A stretch of DNA of 64,000 nucleotides. Source: Candidatus Velthaea sp. (lineage in GTDB: Bacteria > Vulcanimicrobiota > Vulcanimicrobiia > Vulcanimicrobiales > Vulcanimicrobiaceae). The translations under genes were made by a program, and so were the position numbers. Below, one piece after another: positions 24,938 to 33,920 of the stretch (positions are counted from its first letter, which is position 1; each line of letters begins with the position of its first letter). The notes beneath the pieces were generated by a model. It was given only the letters and a program-made list of their open reading frames with translations, ran no database searches and was not told the DNA's origin. The stretch covers positions 32,001-96,000 of the forward strand of contig CBDCCS010000011.1 of NCBI GenBank assembly GCA_965214935.1, written 5' to 3'.

Positions 24938-26614
24938 GTGGTCGTTCTGTTTGCAACCGGCTTTCTCGCGCTCGGTCTCATCAATCTCGATTTTTCGCGC
25001 GGCTGGTGGCGGGGCCAATGGTTGCGCTTCGCCGTCGGCATTCCAATCGTTTTTGCGTACGTCTACGTCACGCTGCCGCCGCTGGTTTTTCCCCAAGCCG
25101 TCACGCTGCTGCTGTTGACGTTCGTACCAAATGCGGTCTATTCGCTGCTGTTATCGGCGCGTAGCTTCGTGGCCTCGCGGCGCATCGTTTCGCTCCGCCG
25201 CGCACCATTTTGGCCGTATTTGGGCGGCTGCGCGGCGCTCGGACTGTACGCGCTCGCGCTATTCATCGCACCCGTAATCGATGCGAACGGCTTGCGCGAT
25301 CTTGCCGGCGCGACGACCTCCGATCTTCCGGCGCCAAGTGCCGAGATCGCGCACGTGCGCGTCGTTCCCGAAGAATCGGCAATCTTTGCCGGAAACAAAG
25401 TCGTCGGTCAACTCGGCGCATACTATCAAGTCGGCACGTACACGATTCAAGCTGAAAACGGGCGTCTGGTCTGGGTTGCGCCGCTCGATTTTCAAGGCCC
25501 GATTCAATGGCTCGCGCGCCGCGCAAGTCCGGGCGTTATCGTCGTGAGCGCGGAGAATCCCGATGCTCCCGCAGAACTGCGCCAGCATGCGCCGCTGCGC
25601 TACATCCCCTCCGCGTTACTGAACGAAAACGTCGAGCGCCATGTGTACGGGCGCTTCGGGACTGAAGCGATCCTCGAAACGACGTTGCAACTCGATGCCG
25701 GCGGCAACGCGCAATATCTGTGTACGCTCGGCCGGCCGACGATCGGCTGGACGGCGTATCGGGTGACCGGCGTGGTGATTGTCGATCCGGTGAGCGGCGC
25801 GATGCAACGCGTCGACCGGTCCGATTTCGCCACGCTGCCGGCCTGGATTAGCCGCGTGTATCCGCCGGATCTCGTGCTGGACTACAACGATTGGTTCGGA
25901 CGTTTCGTGCACGGCTGGTGGAACGCCCAAATAGCAAAACGCGACGTTCACTTACCGGCGCGCGACGAAGTGTTCGGCATGCTCGTCGAGCCGTCGCGCT
26001 TCGTTTGGTTCGTCGACCACACGTCGCCCAACGCAACCGACGATTCGATGACCGGCTTCACCTATACCGATTCGCGAACCGGTGCGATGACCTACTATAC
26101 GTCATCGGGCGGGCAGTTCAATTCATCGGCTGCGGAGCGATCGGTCGCGGCGAATCCGATCGTGCGGCAAGCGCGGCTCATCCCGACACAACCGATTTTA
26201 TACAATGCGTTTCGCGCGAACACATGGGTCGTGCCGATTGTTTCCGACAACGGCAAGTATCAGACGCTCGCACTGGTGCAAGCCGGCGGCGGTCATGTCG
26301 TCGTCGGCAATACCGCCGCACCGTCGCCCGCCGACGCCGCACTGCTCGAATACCGAACGTATCTCGGCGATCAGACGGCGCTGGGCGGAACGCAGCCGCA
26401 ACCGACCGCCGGCATCATCGACCGCTTTGCCGACACGGCCGGCCGCATTTATTTCACGTTGCGGGGCAAACGCGGGATCTTCATGATCCCCGATGGCGGC
26501 GACCCGAACGTCTTTCTCGCCCGTCCCGGCGACCGGATCCGCTTTCGCGCGACTCCCGATGCGAGCGGCTTGCTTTCGGCCCGCGATTTGCACGATGATT
26601 CGATTGCGCGATGA
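24938..26614 (+). CDS. Hypothetical membrane protein (N-terminal TMs, large soluble domain)
   Basis: 558-aa ORF with coding-like codon usage; ATGA overlap with the next gene. Confidence 0.8.
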   Translation: MVVLFATGFLALGLINLDFSRGWWRGQWLRFAVGIPIVFAYVYVTLPPLVFPQAVTLLLLTFVPNAVYSLLLSARSFVASRRIVSLRRAPFWPYLGGCAALGLYALALFIAPVIDANGLRDLAGATTSDLPAPSAEIAHVRVVPEESAIFAGNKVVGQLGAYYQVGTYTIQAENGRLVWVAPLDFQGPIQWLARRASPGVIVVSAENPDAPAELRQHAPLRYIPSALLNENVERHVYGRFGTEAILETTLQLDAGGNAQYLCTLGRPTIGWTAYRVTGVVIVDPVSGAMQRVDRSDFATLPAWISRVYPPDLVLDYNDWFGRFVHGWWNAQIAKRDVHLPARDEVFGMLVEPSRFVWFVDHTSPNATDDSMTGFTYTDSRTGAMTYYTSSGGQFNSSAAERSVAANPIVRQARLIPTQPILYNAFRANTWVVPIVSDNGKYQTLALVQAGGGHVVVGNTAAPSPADAALLEYRTYLGDQTALGGTQPQPTAGIIDRFADTAGRIYFTLRGKRGIFMIPDGGDPNVFLARPGDRIRFRATPDASGLLSARDLHDDSIAR

Positions 26615-27186
26615 AGCTGCTTCGCTCCGAACGTCTGTCCCTCGAACCGGTCGATCCGCGCAACGCACGCGAGCTTTGGCGCATTTTGGGCGCGCCCGAT
26701 CTGCGCCGGTTTCAAGATATTCCGCGCCTGCGCGCCGAGGAATTCGAGCGTCAAGTGCGTTCGCGTCCACGGCTGTTGCAACCCAACGTCACCGGCCGCT
26801 TTGAGTGGCTGCTACGCGCCGGTGAGCCGCCTGAGGCGATCGGCTGGGTCTCGTTGCGGGTCAACGAACGGGCGCCGGACGTCGGTGAAATCGGCTACAG
26901 CTTGATCGAAGCGGCGCGCGGCCGCGGATACGCCACCGAGGCCCTCGGCGCGGTCGTCGACGAGTCGTTCGGCAACAGCGATTTAGCGGAGTTGCAAGCT
27001 TGTTGCATGCCGGAAAATCGCGCGTCGCGAGCGGTGCTCGACCGCACCGGCTTCGCCGAAGTCCGGCTGTTGCGCGGCGGAGCGATGATTCGCGGCCGGC
27101 ACGTCGATGTCGTGCTGTATTCGTACCATCGCGCCGGTTGGACGCGCAGCCGCCAGAACGACGTGTTGCGCACCAAACACGCGTAG
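26611..27186 (+). CDS. GNAT N-acetyltransferase, RimJ/RimL type
   Basis: EIGYSL...RGRGYATEA and N.ASRAVL.RTGF motifs. Confidence 0.9.
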   Translation: MKLLRSERLSLEPVDPRNARELWRILGAPDLRRFQDIPRLRAEEFERQVRSRPRLLQPNVTGRFEWLLRAGEPPEAIGWVSLRVNERAPDVGEIGYSLIEAARGRGYATEALGAVVDESFGNSDLAELQACCMPENRASRAVLDRTGFAEVRLLRGGAMIRGRHVDVVLYSYHRAGWTRSRQNDVLRTKHA

Positions 27187-27669
27187 TCAATCGGCGAACT
27201 CGATGGTAATGCCGGCGTCGGTGTAGCCGAAGTAACGGCGATTGCGGTCGGCCAGATAACCGACGAGCGGATCGCGGACGACGCCGACGCTGAGGCGCGC
27301 GGACAGCGCGCCGATCGCGACCCACTCGCACGCTACGGCGTGTGCATCACCGGGCGGCACCTGCGGTTCCCCGGTCGCGTCGACGTGAAAGGCAAAATTT
27401 GTAAAGTGCGTCGAGGTCGTGCGATCGAATGATTCGGCGACGTACGCAAGATCGCGCACGAGTGCCACGAGCTGTGTTTCTTCGGCGAATTCACGCACGA
27501 CTGCAGCAGCGACCGTTTCGAGCACTTCTTGACGTCCGCCGGGCAGGTTCCAAAGCGGTTCGGCGAGACTCGGATACCGGCTGGCGACCAGGAGAATCCG
27601 GCCGGCCCGTTCCAGTATCCCGGTGCACAAATGGATGCGGCGCCACGTCATCGGCATCGCGTTCGACAT
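27187..27669 (-). CDS. NUDIX hydrolase
   Basis: WNLPGG...ET...AVVREFAEET Nudix box. Confidence 0.88.
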   Translation of the reverse strand: MSNAMPMTWRRIHLCTGILERAGRILLVASRYPSLAEPLWNLPGGRQEVLETVAAAVVREFAEETQLVALVRDLAYVAESFDRTTSTHFTNFAFHVDATGEPQVPPGDAHAVACEWVAIGALSARLSVGVVRDPLVGYLADRNRRYFGYTDAGITIEFAD

Positions 27670-27698
27670 GCGCAGGGGGCCGCCGCTGCGGCTTGCCG

Positions 27699-28478
27699 TC
27701 AGGAAGCGACGGCGATACCGACGGCGGCGGCGGCGTGCAGGTGTGCCGCGTCGACCTCGAAGCCGAGCAGGTCCAGAATGACGTCACGCAAGCCGGCGAC
27801 TTTCGCCGGAATGAACGGCGACTCGACCGCGCATTCACGCACGATTGCCGTGCACAGCGCTTCGAGCGCGTAGGCATTGAAGGCCGGGCTGCGTACGCTG
27901 ATGATGCGATCCGCATTGAGCCGTTCGATATAGCGCGCGAAGCCGGAGACCGATGAATCGAAGCGTTGCTGCCGTTCGAGGATAAGCGCCGCGTCGGCAT
28001 TCGAGGCAACGTGCCAGGCCCGGATGAGACCGCGTTGCGCTTGCGCGTCGGCGATCATTTGGGCCAGCCAGGCACCGATGCGTTCGCGCTCGACGGGCCC
28101 GTTCGTCGCGTTGGAAAACAGCTCTTCGCGCAACTTGTCGTGCGTAGCGCTATAGCGCAACATCGCTTCGCGCACGATGTGATTGACGTCTTTGAAATAG
28201 CGATAAAACGTGCCGTACGCCAAACCGGCGTGACTTGCGATGATGCCGGTCGTCAGCGCCGACAGATCGCGCATTTCCAAGAGCGCTTCGAGTGCGTTGA
28301 GCAGCCGCGTCCGCGAACTCGGCCGCGCTTGCCGCTCCGGTGAGAGCGTGCCTTCGCCTTCGACCCGGCCCAAGTACGTCCACTTACCGCGCACCCGGCG
28401 CGTTTCCGGGTCGCGATAACTTTCAACGCGGTATCGGTACGCGCGTCCGCCGACACGCTTAATAACTTCATACGCCAC
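27699..28478 (-). CDS. TetR/AcrR-family regulator with an extra N-terminal beta-rich module
   Basis: TetR HTH RLLNALEALL...TTGIIASHAGLAYGTFYRYF preceded by about 40 aa YEVIKRVGGRAYRYRVESYRDPETRRVRGKWTYLGRV; AAGGGG RBS. Confidence 0.85.
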   Translation of the reverse strand: MAYEVIKRVGGRAYRYRVESYRDPETRRVRGKWTYLGRVEGEGTLSPERQARPSSRTRLLNALEALLEMRDLSALTTGIIASHAGLAYGTFYRYFKDVNHIVREAMLRYSATHDKLREELFSNATNGPVERERIGAWLAQMIADAQAQRGLIRAWHVASNADAALILERQQRFDSSVSGFARYIERLNADRIISVRSPAFNAYALEALCTAIVRECAVESPFIPAKVAGLRDVILDLLGFEVDAAHLHAAAAVGIAVAS

Positions 28479-28546
28479 GGGGGTCCCCTTCCATGGGAAC
28501 GGCTACCGGAGTTATAACGGCTAGCTCGTAAGCTTTCCTAGTTACC

Positions 28547-28573
28547 GTATCGTCAGTCGAGCGGCGTGACTTA
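28547..28573 (-). promoter_or_regulatory. Possible sigma-28-type promoter upstream of the TetR gene
   Basis: Minus strand TAAG-N15-GACGATAC in the intergenic region. Confidence 0.45.
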
Positions 28574-28622
28574 ACCGGTCAGGCGATTCAAGCGTGAATC
28601 CGCTCGACGTGCTTGGCGCGGG

Positions 28623-29264
28623 TTACAGCAGTCCGCGCCGCAGCGCATTGACTGCGGCCTGTGTCCGGTCGGCGGCGGAAAGCTTCTCGAGAATCTCGCG
28701 AATGTGGCCTTTTACCGTGCCTAACCCGAGGTGCAGCCGGTCGGCGATCTCCGCATTCCCGACTCCGTCGGCGATCAGGCGCAGAACGTCGAGTTCGCGC
28801 GGGGTGAGCGGCGAGCGCTCGGCCTGAACGGGAGAACGCGAACTCAAGCGCCGCAACACGACGTGCGCGATCTGCGGATCGAAATAGGCACCGCCGCCCG
28901 CGACGATCCGGACGGCATCGATGACCGTCGTCGCATCCGACGATTTCACGCAGTAAGCATCGGCACCGGCCGATAGTGCCGCCAGCACCTCATCGTCGAG
29001 ATCGTGCATCGTAAGAATCACGACGCGTACCCCGGGAGCCGCCGTCTTGATGCCGCTGGTCACCGCGATTCCGTCTTTGCCGGGTAAGCCGATGTCGATT
29101 ACCGCGACCGCCGGTAATTCGCGTATGACCGCGGCTTCGCCGCTGATGCCGTCGGCCGCTTCGGCTACGACGCGCATGTCGCCGCCGGCTTCGAGCGCGG
29201 TGCGCAAACCGGCGCGCGTGAGCGCATGATCTTCGATCAGAACGACGCTGATCGGTCCGTTCAT
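28623..29264 (-). CDS. NarL/LuxR-family response regulator
   Basis: EDH, DIGLPGKDG, LT and K receiver motifs; LTPRELDVL...N.EIA..L.L..GTVK.H HTH. Confidence 0.95.
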   Translation of the reverse strand: MNGPISVVLIEDHALTRAGLRTALEAGGDMRVVAEAADGISGEAAVIRELPAVAVIDIGLPGKDGIAVTSGIKTAAPGVRVVILTMHDLDDEVLAALSAGADAYCVKSSDATTVIDAVRIVAGGGAYFDPQIAHVVLRRLSSRSPVQAERSPLTPRELDVLRLIADGVGNAEIADRLHLGLGTVKGHIREILEKLSAADRTQAAVNALRRGLL

Positions 29265-30823
29265 GCGTTGCTCGTGGCGGGCAGCGTAAGCAGAAAGATA
29301 CTGCCGCGGGGTTCGCGCGGCGCATAGGTGACGCTTCCGCCGAACTCTGCCGCGACGCGTTTGACGATATACAAGCCCAAACCCGAACCGGCTCCGCGCC
29401 GGCCGTCGCCGCGTGCAAAGCGCGTAAAGAGCGTCGGCCGGGCAGCTTCAGCGACGCCGAATCCGTCGTCGGCAACGCTGATCTGAACGACTTGCTCGAC
29501 CCGTTTGACATCGATGGCCACCGACGCACCGTCAAAGCCGTGCTGTAAGGCGTTGGCGGCTAAGTTCGTGAGCGCGCGACGGAGGTCGTCGCGGTCGCCG
29601 ATCGTGAAAACCGGCCGCGGCGCGTCGACGCTGATGCGCATGCCGTGCACGCTCGCAAGCGCATCGAGTTCGCCGGCGATTTGCACGGCGAGTTCGGCGA
29701 CGTCGACAATATCGCGCTCGGGCCGCCGGTCGCCGCTCTCGAAGCGCGCGACGAGCAGCAGCGTTTCGGCGAGCCGGCCGACGTCGTCGGTTGCCGTGAT
29801 GCTGCGCTCAAGAATCCCGACATACGCAGGAGGTAAGTCACCGTAAGCGCCGCTTTGCGCCTGCCGCATCGTCATTCCCAACGCCGCGAGCGGCGTGCGC
29901 AAATCATGCGACAGTGCATACACCAGATCGCGGATGACGGCGCCGCGCTCTTCAAGGGCTTCGTTGCGTTCGGCCAATTCGTTGAATAACCGGGCTTGCG
30001 CCAGCGCGCCGGCGGCGAGCTGTGCGTAGGCGCGCGCAAGTCCGATGACATCGGCGAAACTATGCTCGCCCCGGCCGAGCGCCAGGACCGCGCCGAAGCG
30101 CCGACGGCCGTCGACGATCGGCAGCACGAGTGCCGCTGGTGCTTCGAGGTGATCGAGTAACAGGCGGCCGAACGCGTCGGAGCGGCTGACCACGATCACA
30201 TCGCCGTCGTCCAGAGCCCGCTGCACGATCGAAGCCGCTTCGGGTGACGGCCGGCTCTCATCGAGGCCGACCTCATCGGCGCCACGGCGCGCCACGAGCG
30301 TCAAGCCGTTGGCCCGATCGCTCAAGACAAAGCGCGCACGATCGGCGTCCAGCAGTGTCGTCGTCTCGCGGGCGACCGCGCGCAAGACGAGATCGAGCGA
30401 CAGCGACGAGCGAACCCGTTCGATCGCTGCACTCAATAGCGTCTCGCGCTGCGTCCGAAGTTGCTGTGCTTCGAGGCGGCCTGCGCGTTGCGCGGTTTGT
30501 TGCACGGCGGTGCTCAAGTACCCGACGAAGACGATCGACAGACCGGCTAACACGCGATCGCCGATCGCGAGCGAATCCCAATGATGCAGGTCGCCCAAAC
30601 CATTGAAGTAACCGGCGGTGATGTTCGCGCTGAGCGCGGCTATGACGAGCCAGTAGGTGAAGCGGCTGCTGCGAGTGAGCGAACTTAAAACGATCGGCGC
30701 ATCGAGCAAGATCGCGGTGACGAAGAACTGCGGTGTAAGCAAATCGGTAATGAAAGCCGCAACGAGCGCGACGATGCACACCGTCGGGATCAGCGCAGAT
30801 CGCACCGATTCGCCTTCACGCAA
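29261..30823 (-). CDS. Sensor histidine kinase (TM bundle, GAF, HisKA, HATPase); resembles the C-terminal half of KdpD
   Basis: About four N-terminal TMs, GAF-like region, SHDLRTPL H-box, DDGFGV and GSGLGL; overlaps the regulator start. Confidence 0.9.
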   Translation of the reverse strand: MREGESVRSALIPTVCIVALVAAFITDLLTPQFFVTAILLDAPIVLSSLTRSSRFTYWLVIAALSANITAGYFNGLGDLHHWDSLAIGDRVLAGLSIVFVGYLSTAVQQTAQRAGRLEAQQLRTQRETLLSAAIERVRSSLSLDLVLRAVARETTTLLDADRARFVLSDRANGLTLVARRGADEVGLDESRPSPEAASIVQRALDDGDVIVVSRSDAFGRLLLDHLEAPAALVLPIVDGRRRFGAVLALGRGEHSFADVIGLARAYAQLAAGALAQARLFNELAERNEALEERGAVIRDLVYALSHDLRTPLAALGMTMRQAQSGAYGDLPPAYVGILERSITATDDVGRLAETLLLVARFESGDRRPERDIVDVAELAVQIAGELDALASVHGMRISVDAPRPVFTIGDRDDLRRALTNLAANALQHGFDGASVAIDVKRVEQVVQISVADDGFGVAEAARPTLFTRFARGDGRRGAGSGLGLYIVKRVAAEFGGSVTYAPREPRGSIFLLTLPATSNA

Positions 30824-30858
30824 TGCACGTGAGCGCCCTTCGGCGAACGACGCCGTGT

Positions 30859-32940
30859 ATGGATCGCGTCGACCGGCCTAGCGCCCAAGCGCTGCTGGCG
30901 GAGCTCGGCTACGAACCGCGGCTCACCATTTATCTCGCAAGCGCTCCGGGCGCCGGTAAAACCCACCGTATTTTGAGCGATGCGGCATTCCAAATGCAAG
31001 CCGGACGCCGAGTTGCAATCGGTTGGATCGAGACCAAGGGCCGGCCGGATCTCGATGAACTAGCCGCCGGCATTCCGCGCATCCCGCCGCGCTTATTTCG
31101 CGCCGGCGGCGCGACGTTCGAAGACTTCGATCTCGAAGCCGCCATTGCCGGCAATGCCGAAACGATCGTTCTCGACGAACTCGCGCATGCGAATCCCGAA
31201 GGTGCCCCGCATGCGAAACGCTGGCAAGACGCGCTGGCGCTGCGCGCCGCCGGGAAATCGGTCCTCGGCGCTTTCAACGTGCAGCACCTCGAAACGGTCG
31301 CGCCGGTCGCCGAACGCATCATCGGTCATCCGATCCGCGAAATCGTGCCGCTGTCGTTTCTGCGTGATGCCGACGGCGTGATCGCTCTGGACGTGTCGGT
31401 GACGGTGCTCGAGTCACGGTTGCGCAGCGGACGCATCGTGCGCATCGACGATGTCGATCGGGCGGCGATGGGCTTGTTCAAACCGCAGAATCTGCAATTG
31501 CTGCGCGAATTGCTGTTGCGCACGGTCGACGCATTGACGGTGCCGGTAATGAGTCCGGCCAAAACATCGACGGCGTTGGCGATCGTAACGGGCACCGGCG
31601 ACCCGCGGCCGTATCTGCGGCGTATCGGTGCGTTGGCCGAAGCACTCGATCTCGCGCTCGAAGTAACGGTGCTTGGCTGTGAGTCGAGCGCAGAAATCGT
31701 GGAAGCCGCGCGCGCCGTCGACGGCGTGCTCATCGCGGCTCCCGAGCAGCTGCTCAAAGGCGATCTGACCGACGTCCGCGCGGCGTTCGTCAGCGTGCCG
31801 AGCGGCGACCGCGCGAACAAGATTCTGGCGCGCCCGATCGACCGCGATCTCTATGTTATCGACCCGGCACGACTGCCGCTGACGCGCGGCGCCGACGGTG
31901 CGCGTCATCCGTACGGACAAAGCGCCGGCGACCGGCTGCGCATCGGCTATGGCCGCTTAACGATCTACTTAGGTTCCGTCGCCGGTAGCGGTAAGACGTT
32001 CGCCATGCTGGACCGCGCGCATCAGCTCATGGACGAAGGCGTCGATGTCGTGGCCGCCTTGATCGAGACGCACGGACGGGTCGATACGGCGAAGCAAATG
32101 ACCGGGATCGAAATGGTCGAGCGTTTAGCAAACGGAGAACTCGACCGCGACGCGGTGTTGCGGCGGCGGCCGGGCGTCGTGCTGATCGATGAGCTGGCGC
32201 ATACCAATGCACCGGGCAGCACGTATCCCAAACGCTACGACGACGTCATCAATATCTTGCGCGACGGCATCTCGGTGACGACCACGCTAAACGTGCAACA
32301 TCTCAGCGGTCTGGGCGATGCGGTCGAACGGCTGACCGGGATGCACGTGCGCGAAACGTTACCCGACTCGATCCTCGAACTCGCCGATGACGTCATCTTC
32401 ATCGACGTTACGCCGGACGTTTTGCGCGACCGGTTGCGGCAGGGCAAGATATATCCGGCTGAACGCATCGATGCCGCGCTTTCAAACTTTTTTCGAGCCG
32501 AAAACCTCGCCGCGCTGCGCGAATTAACGGTTCGCGAACTCATGCACGCCCGCGGCGGCCGGCGCGCCGCGCCGCCGTTTTTGCGCATCGTGCTGGGTGT
32601 CGCGGCGCGCGAACGCGATGTGGTGCTGATCGAACGTATGGCGCGCTTAGCCGCGCGGCTCGACGTCGATCTGCTGGTCTTGCATATCGCGCTGCCCGGT
32701 AAAGAACCGGCGCCGGCGATCATCGACCTGCTCGCCAAAGCGACCCGCGCGGCGAAAGGCAAGTGGCGGCTCGAGGTCAACAGCGATCCGGCCGCGGCGC
32801 TCTGCGCGGCGGCGAACGAGCTCGACGTCGTGGTTGTAGAATCGCCGCGCGTCAAGCAGCGGTTATTCGGACCCGCCTCATTTGCAGCGAAAGTCGTTCG
32901 GGCCGGTGCCGACGAGTTGCTGGTACTCGCGCCGCGTTAA
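30859..32940 (+). CDS. kdpD: Soluble KdpD N-terminal protein: two KdpD sensor domains plus Usp-like domain, no kinase
   Basis: Two repeats of LTIYL..(APGAGKT/VAGSGKT)...IET.GR...DELAH.N...KR...NVQHL...LREL; no TM segments or H-box. Confidence 0.88.
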   Translation: MDRVDRPSAQALLAELGYEPRLTIYLASAPGAGKTHRILSDAAFQMQAGRRVAIGWIETKGRPDLDELAAGIPRIPPRLFRAGGATFEDFDLEAAIAGNAETIVLDELAHANPEGAPHAKRWQDALALRAAGKSVLGAFNVQHLETVAPVAERIIGHPIREIVPLSFLRDADGVIALDVSVTVLESRLRSGRIVRIDDVDRAAMGLFKPQNLQLLRELLLRTVDALTVPVMSPAKTSTALAIVTGTGDPRPYLRRIGALAEALDLALEVTVLGCESSAEIVEAARAVDGVLIAAPEQLLKGDLTDVRAAFVSVPSGDRANKILARPIDRDLYVIDPARLPLTRGADGARHPYGQSAGDRLRIGYGRLTIYLGSVAGSGKTFAMLDRAHQLMDEGVDVVAALIETHGRVDTAKQMTGIEMVERLANGELDRDAVLRRRPGVVLIDELAHTNAPGSTYPKRYDDVINILRDGISVTTTLNVQHLSGLGDAVERLTGMHVRETLPDSILELADDVIFIDVTPDVLRDRLRQGKIYPAERIDAALSNFFRAENLAALRELTVRELMHARGGRRAAPPFLRIVLGVAARERDVVLIERMARLAARLDVDLLVLHIALPGKEPAPAIIDLLAKATRAAKGKWRLEVNSDPAAALCAAANELDVVVVESPRVKQRLFGPASFAAKVVRAGADELLVLAPR

Positions 32941-32968
32941 GCCGTTCGCTGATCGGCAGCGGGCGACG

Positions 32969-33157
32969 CTACCACAATACGCCGTCGCCGACCAGCACGT
33001 ACAAAATCGGTCCGATGCCCCAGATGAGGCCGAGCAGCGCCCAAAGGATCTTCTTGGTGCGTCCGAGATCGGTGCGTCCGGCCAAATTGATCCACATGAG
33101 AATGACGGCAATCGGGTGCAGAATCGCCGACAGGACCAATTCGATAACGAGCTTCAT
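32969..33157 (-). CDS. Small two-TM membrane protein (PLDc_N-like)
   Basis: 62 aa with KKILWALL...GPILY pattern; downstream of kdpC on the same strand. Confidence 0.65.
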   Translation of the reverse strand: MKLVIELVLSAILHPIAVILMWINLAGRTDLGRTKKILWALLGLIWGIGPILYVLVGDGVLW

Positions 33158-33192
33158 TCAAGCGTCTTTCGACCGCGAGCGGCGCCCGGCCG

Positions 33193-33858
33193 CTAACGGG
33201 TTGCATCGAGTGCGCGATTGAGCTCGAACACATTGACGCGCGGTTCACCGAGAAAGCCGAACGTCCGGCCGCGGACGTGCGCCGCAACGAGCGTACGTAC
33301 GGCGTCGAGGGGTATATGCCGCGCTTTGGCTACGCGTGCAGCTTGATACTCGGCGCCTTCGGGCGAGATATCGGGATCGATTCCACTGCCGCTCGACGTC
33401 ACGAGATTTATCGGCGGCTCGCCGATTGCATCGGGGTTTGCTTTGCGCAGTGCGGCAATCGTTGCCCGCGTGGCGTCGATGAGTTTCTTACTCGTCGGTC
33501 CGAGATTCGTGCCGCCCGTCGAGGTCGGATCGTAGCCGTTCTTACCGGCGGCCGACGGCCGGCCGGCAAAATATTGCGGCTTGGTGAAGAGCTGGCCGAT
33601 GATCTCAGACCCGATCGGTTTACCGGCCTGCATCACCATCGAACCCCCGGCTTGATGCGGAAAAAGCAGCGAGCCGATGACCGTGATCGCGAGCGGATAC
33701 ACGATCCCGAGCGCAACGACCGTAACGACGGTGTACACGATCGACGTGACGATATGCGACAGGCTGGATTCACCCTTGTTCGACGGTTGCGCGGGTTCGG
33801 CCGGCGGAACCGCTGCCGTTGCGGTCGCGTTTTTCGATGCTTGAACGATGGTACTCAT
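33193..33858 (-). CDS. kdpC: K+-transporting ATPase subunit C
   Basis: YPL..T.IG..LFP.QA.GS, YFAGRPSA, VTSSGSGIDPDIS and GEPRVNV.ELN motifs; GGGAG RBS before ATG 33858. Confidence 0.96.
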   Translation of the reverse strand: MSTIVQASKNATATAAVPPAEPAQPSNKGESSLSHIVTSIVYTVVTVVALGIVYPLAITVIGSLLFPHQAGGSMVMQAGKPIGSEIIGQLFTKPQYFAGRPSAAGKNGYDPTSTGGTNLGPTSKKLIDATRATIAALRKANPDAIGEPPINLVTSSGSGIDPDISPEGAEYQAARVAKARHIPLDAVRTLVAAHVRGRTFGFLGEPRVNVFELNRALDATR

Positions 33859-33920
33859 TGATACTCCCCAAGACGGTGTCGCCGAAGAACCTGATGGGAC
33901 GTAATGGAGTCCGCGATCCC

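Noticed and set aside
27699..28600. Intact IS element around the TetR gene
   Set aside because: No DDE catalytic domain, terminal inverted repeats or target duplication seen.
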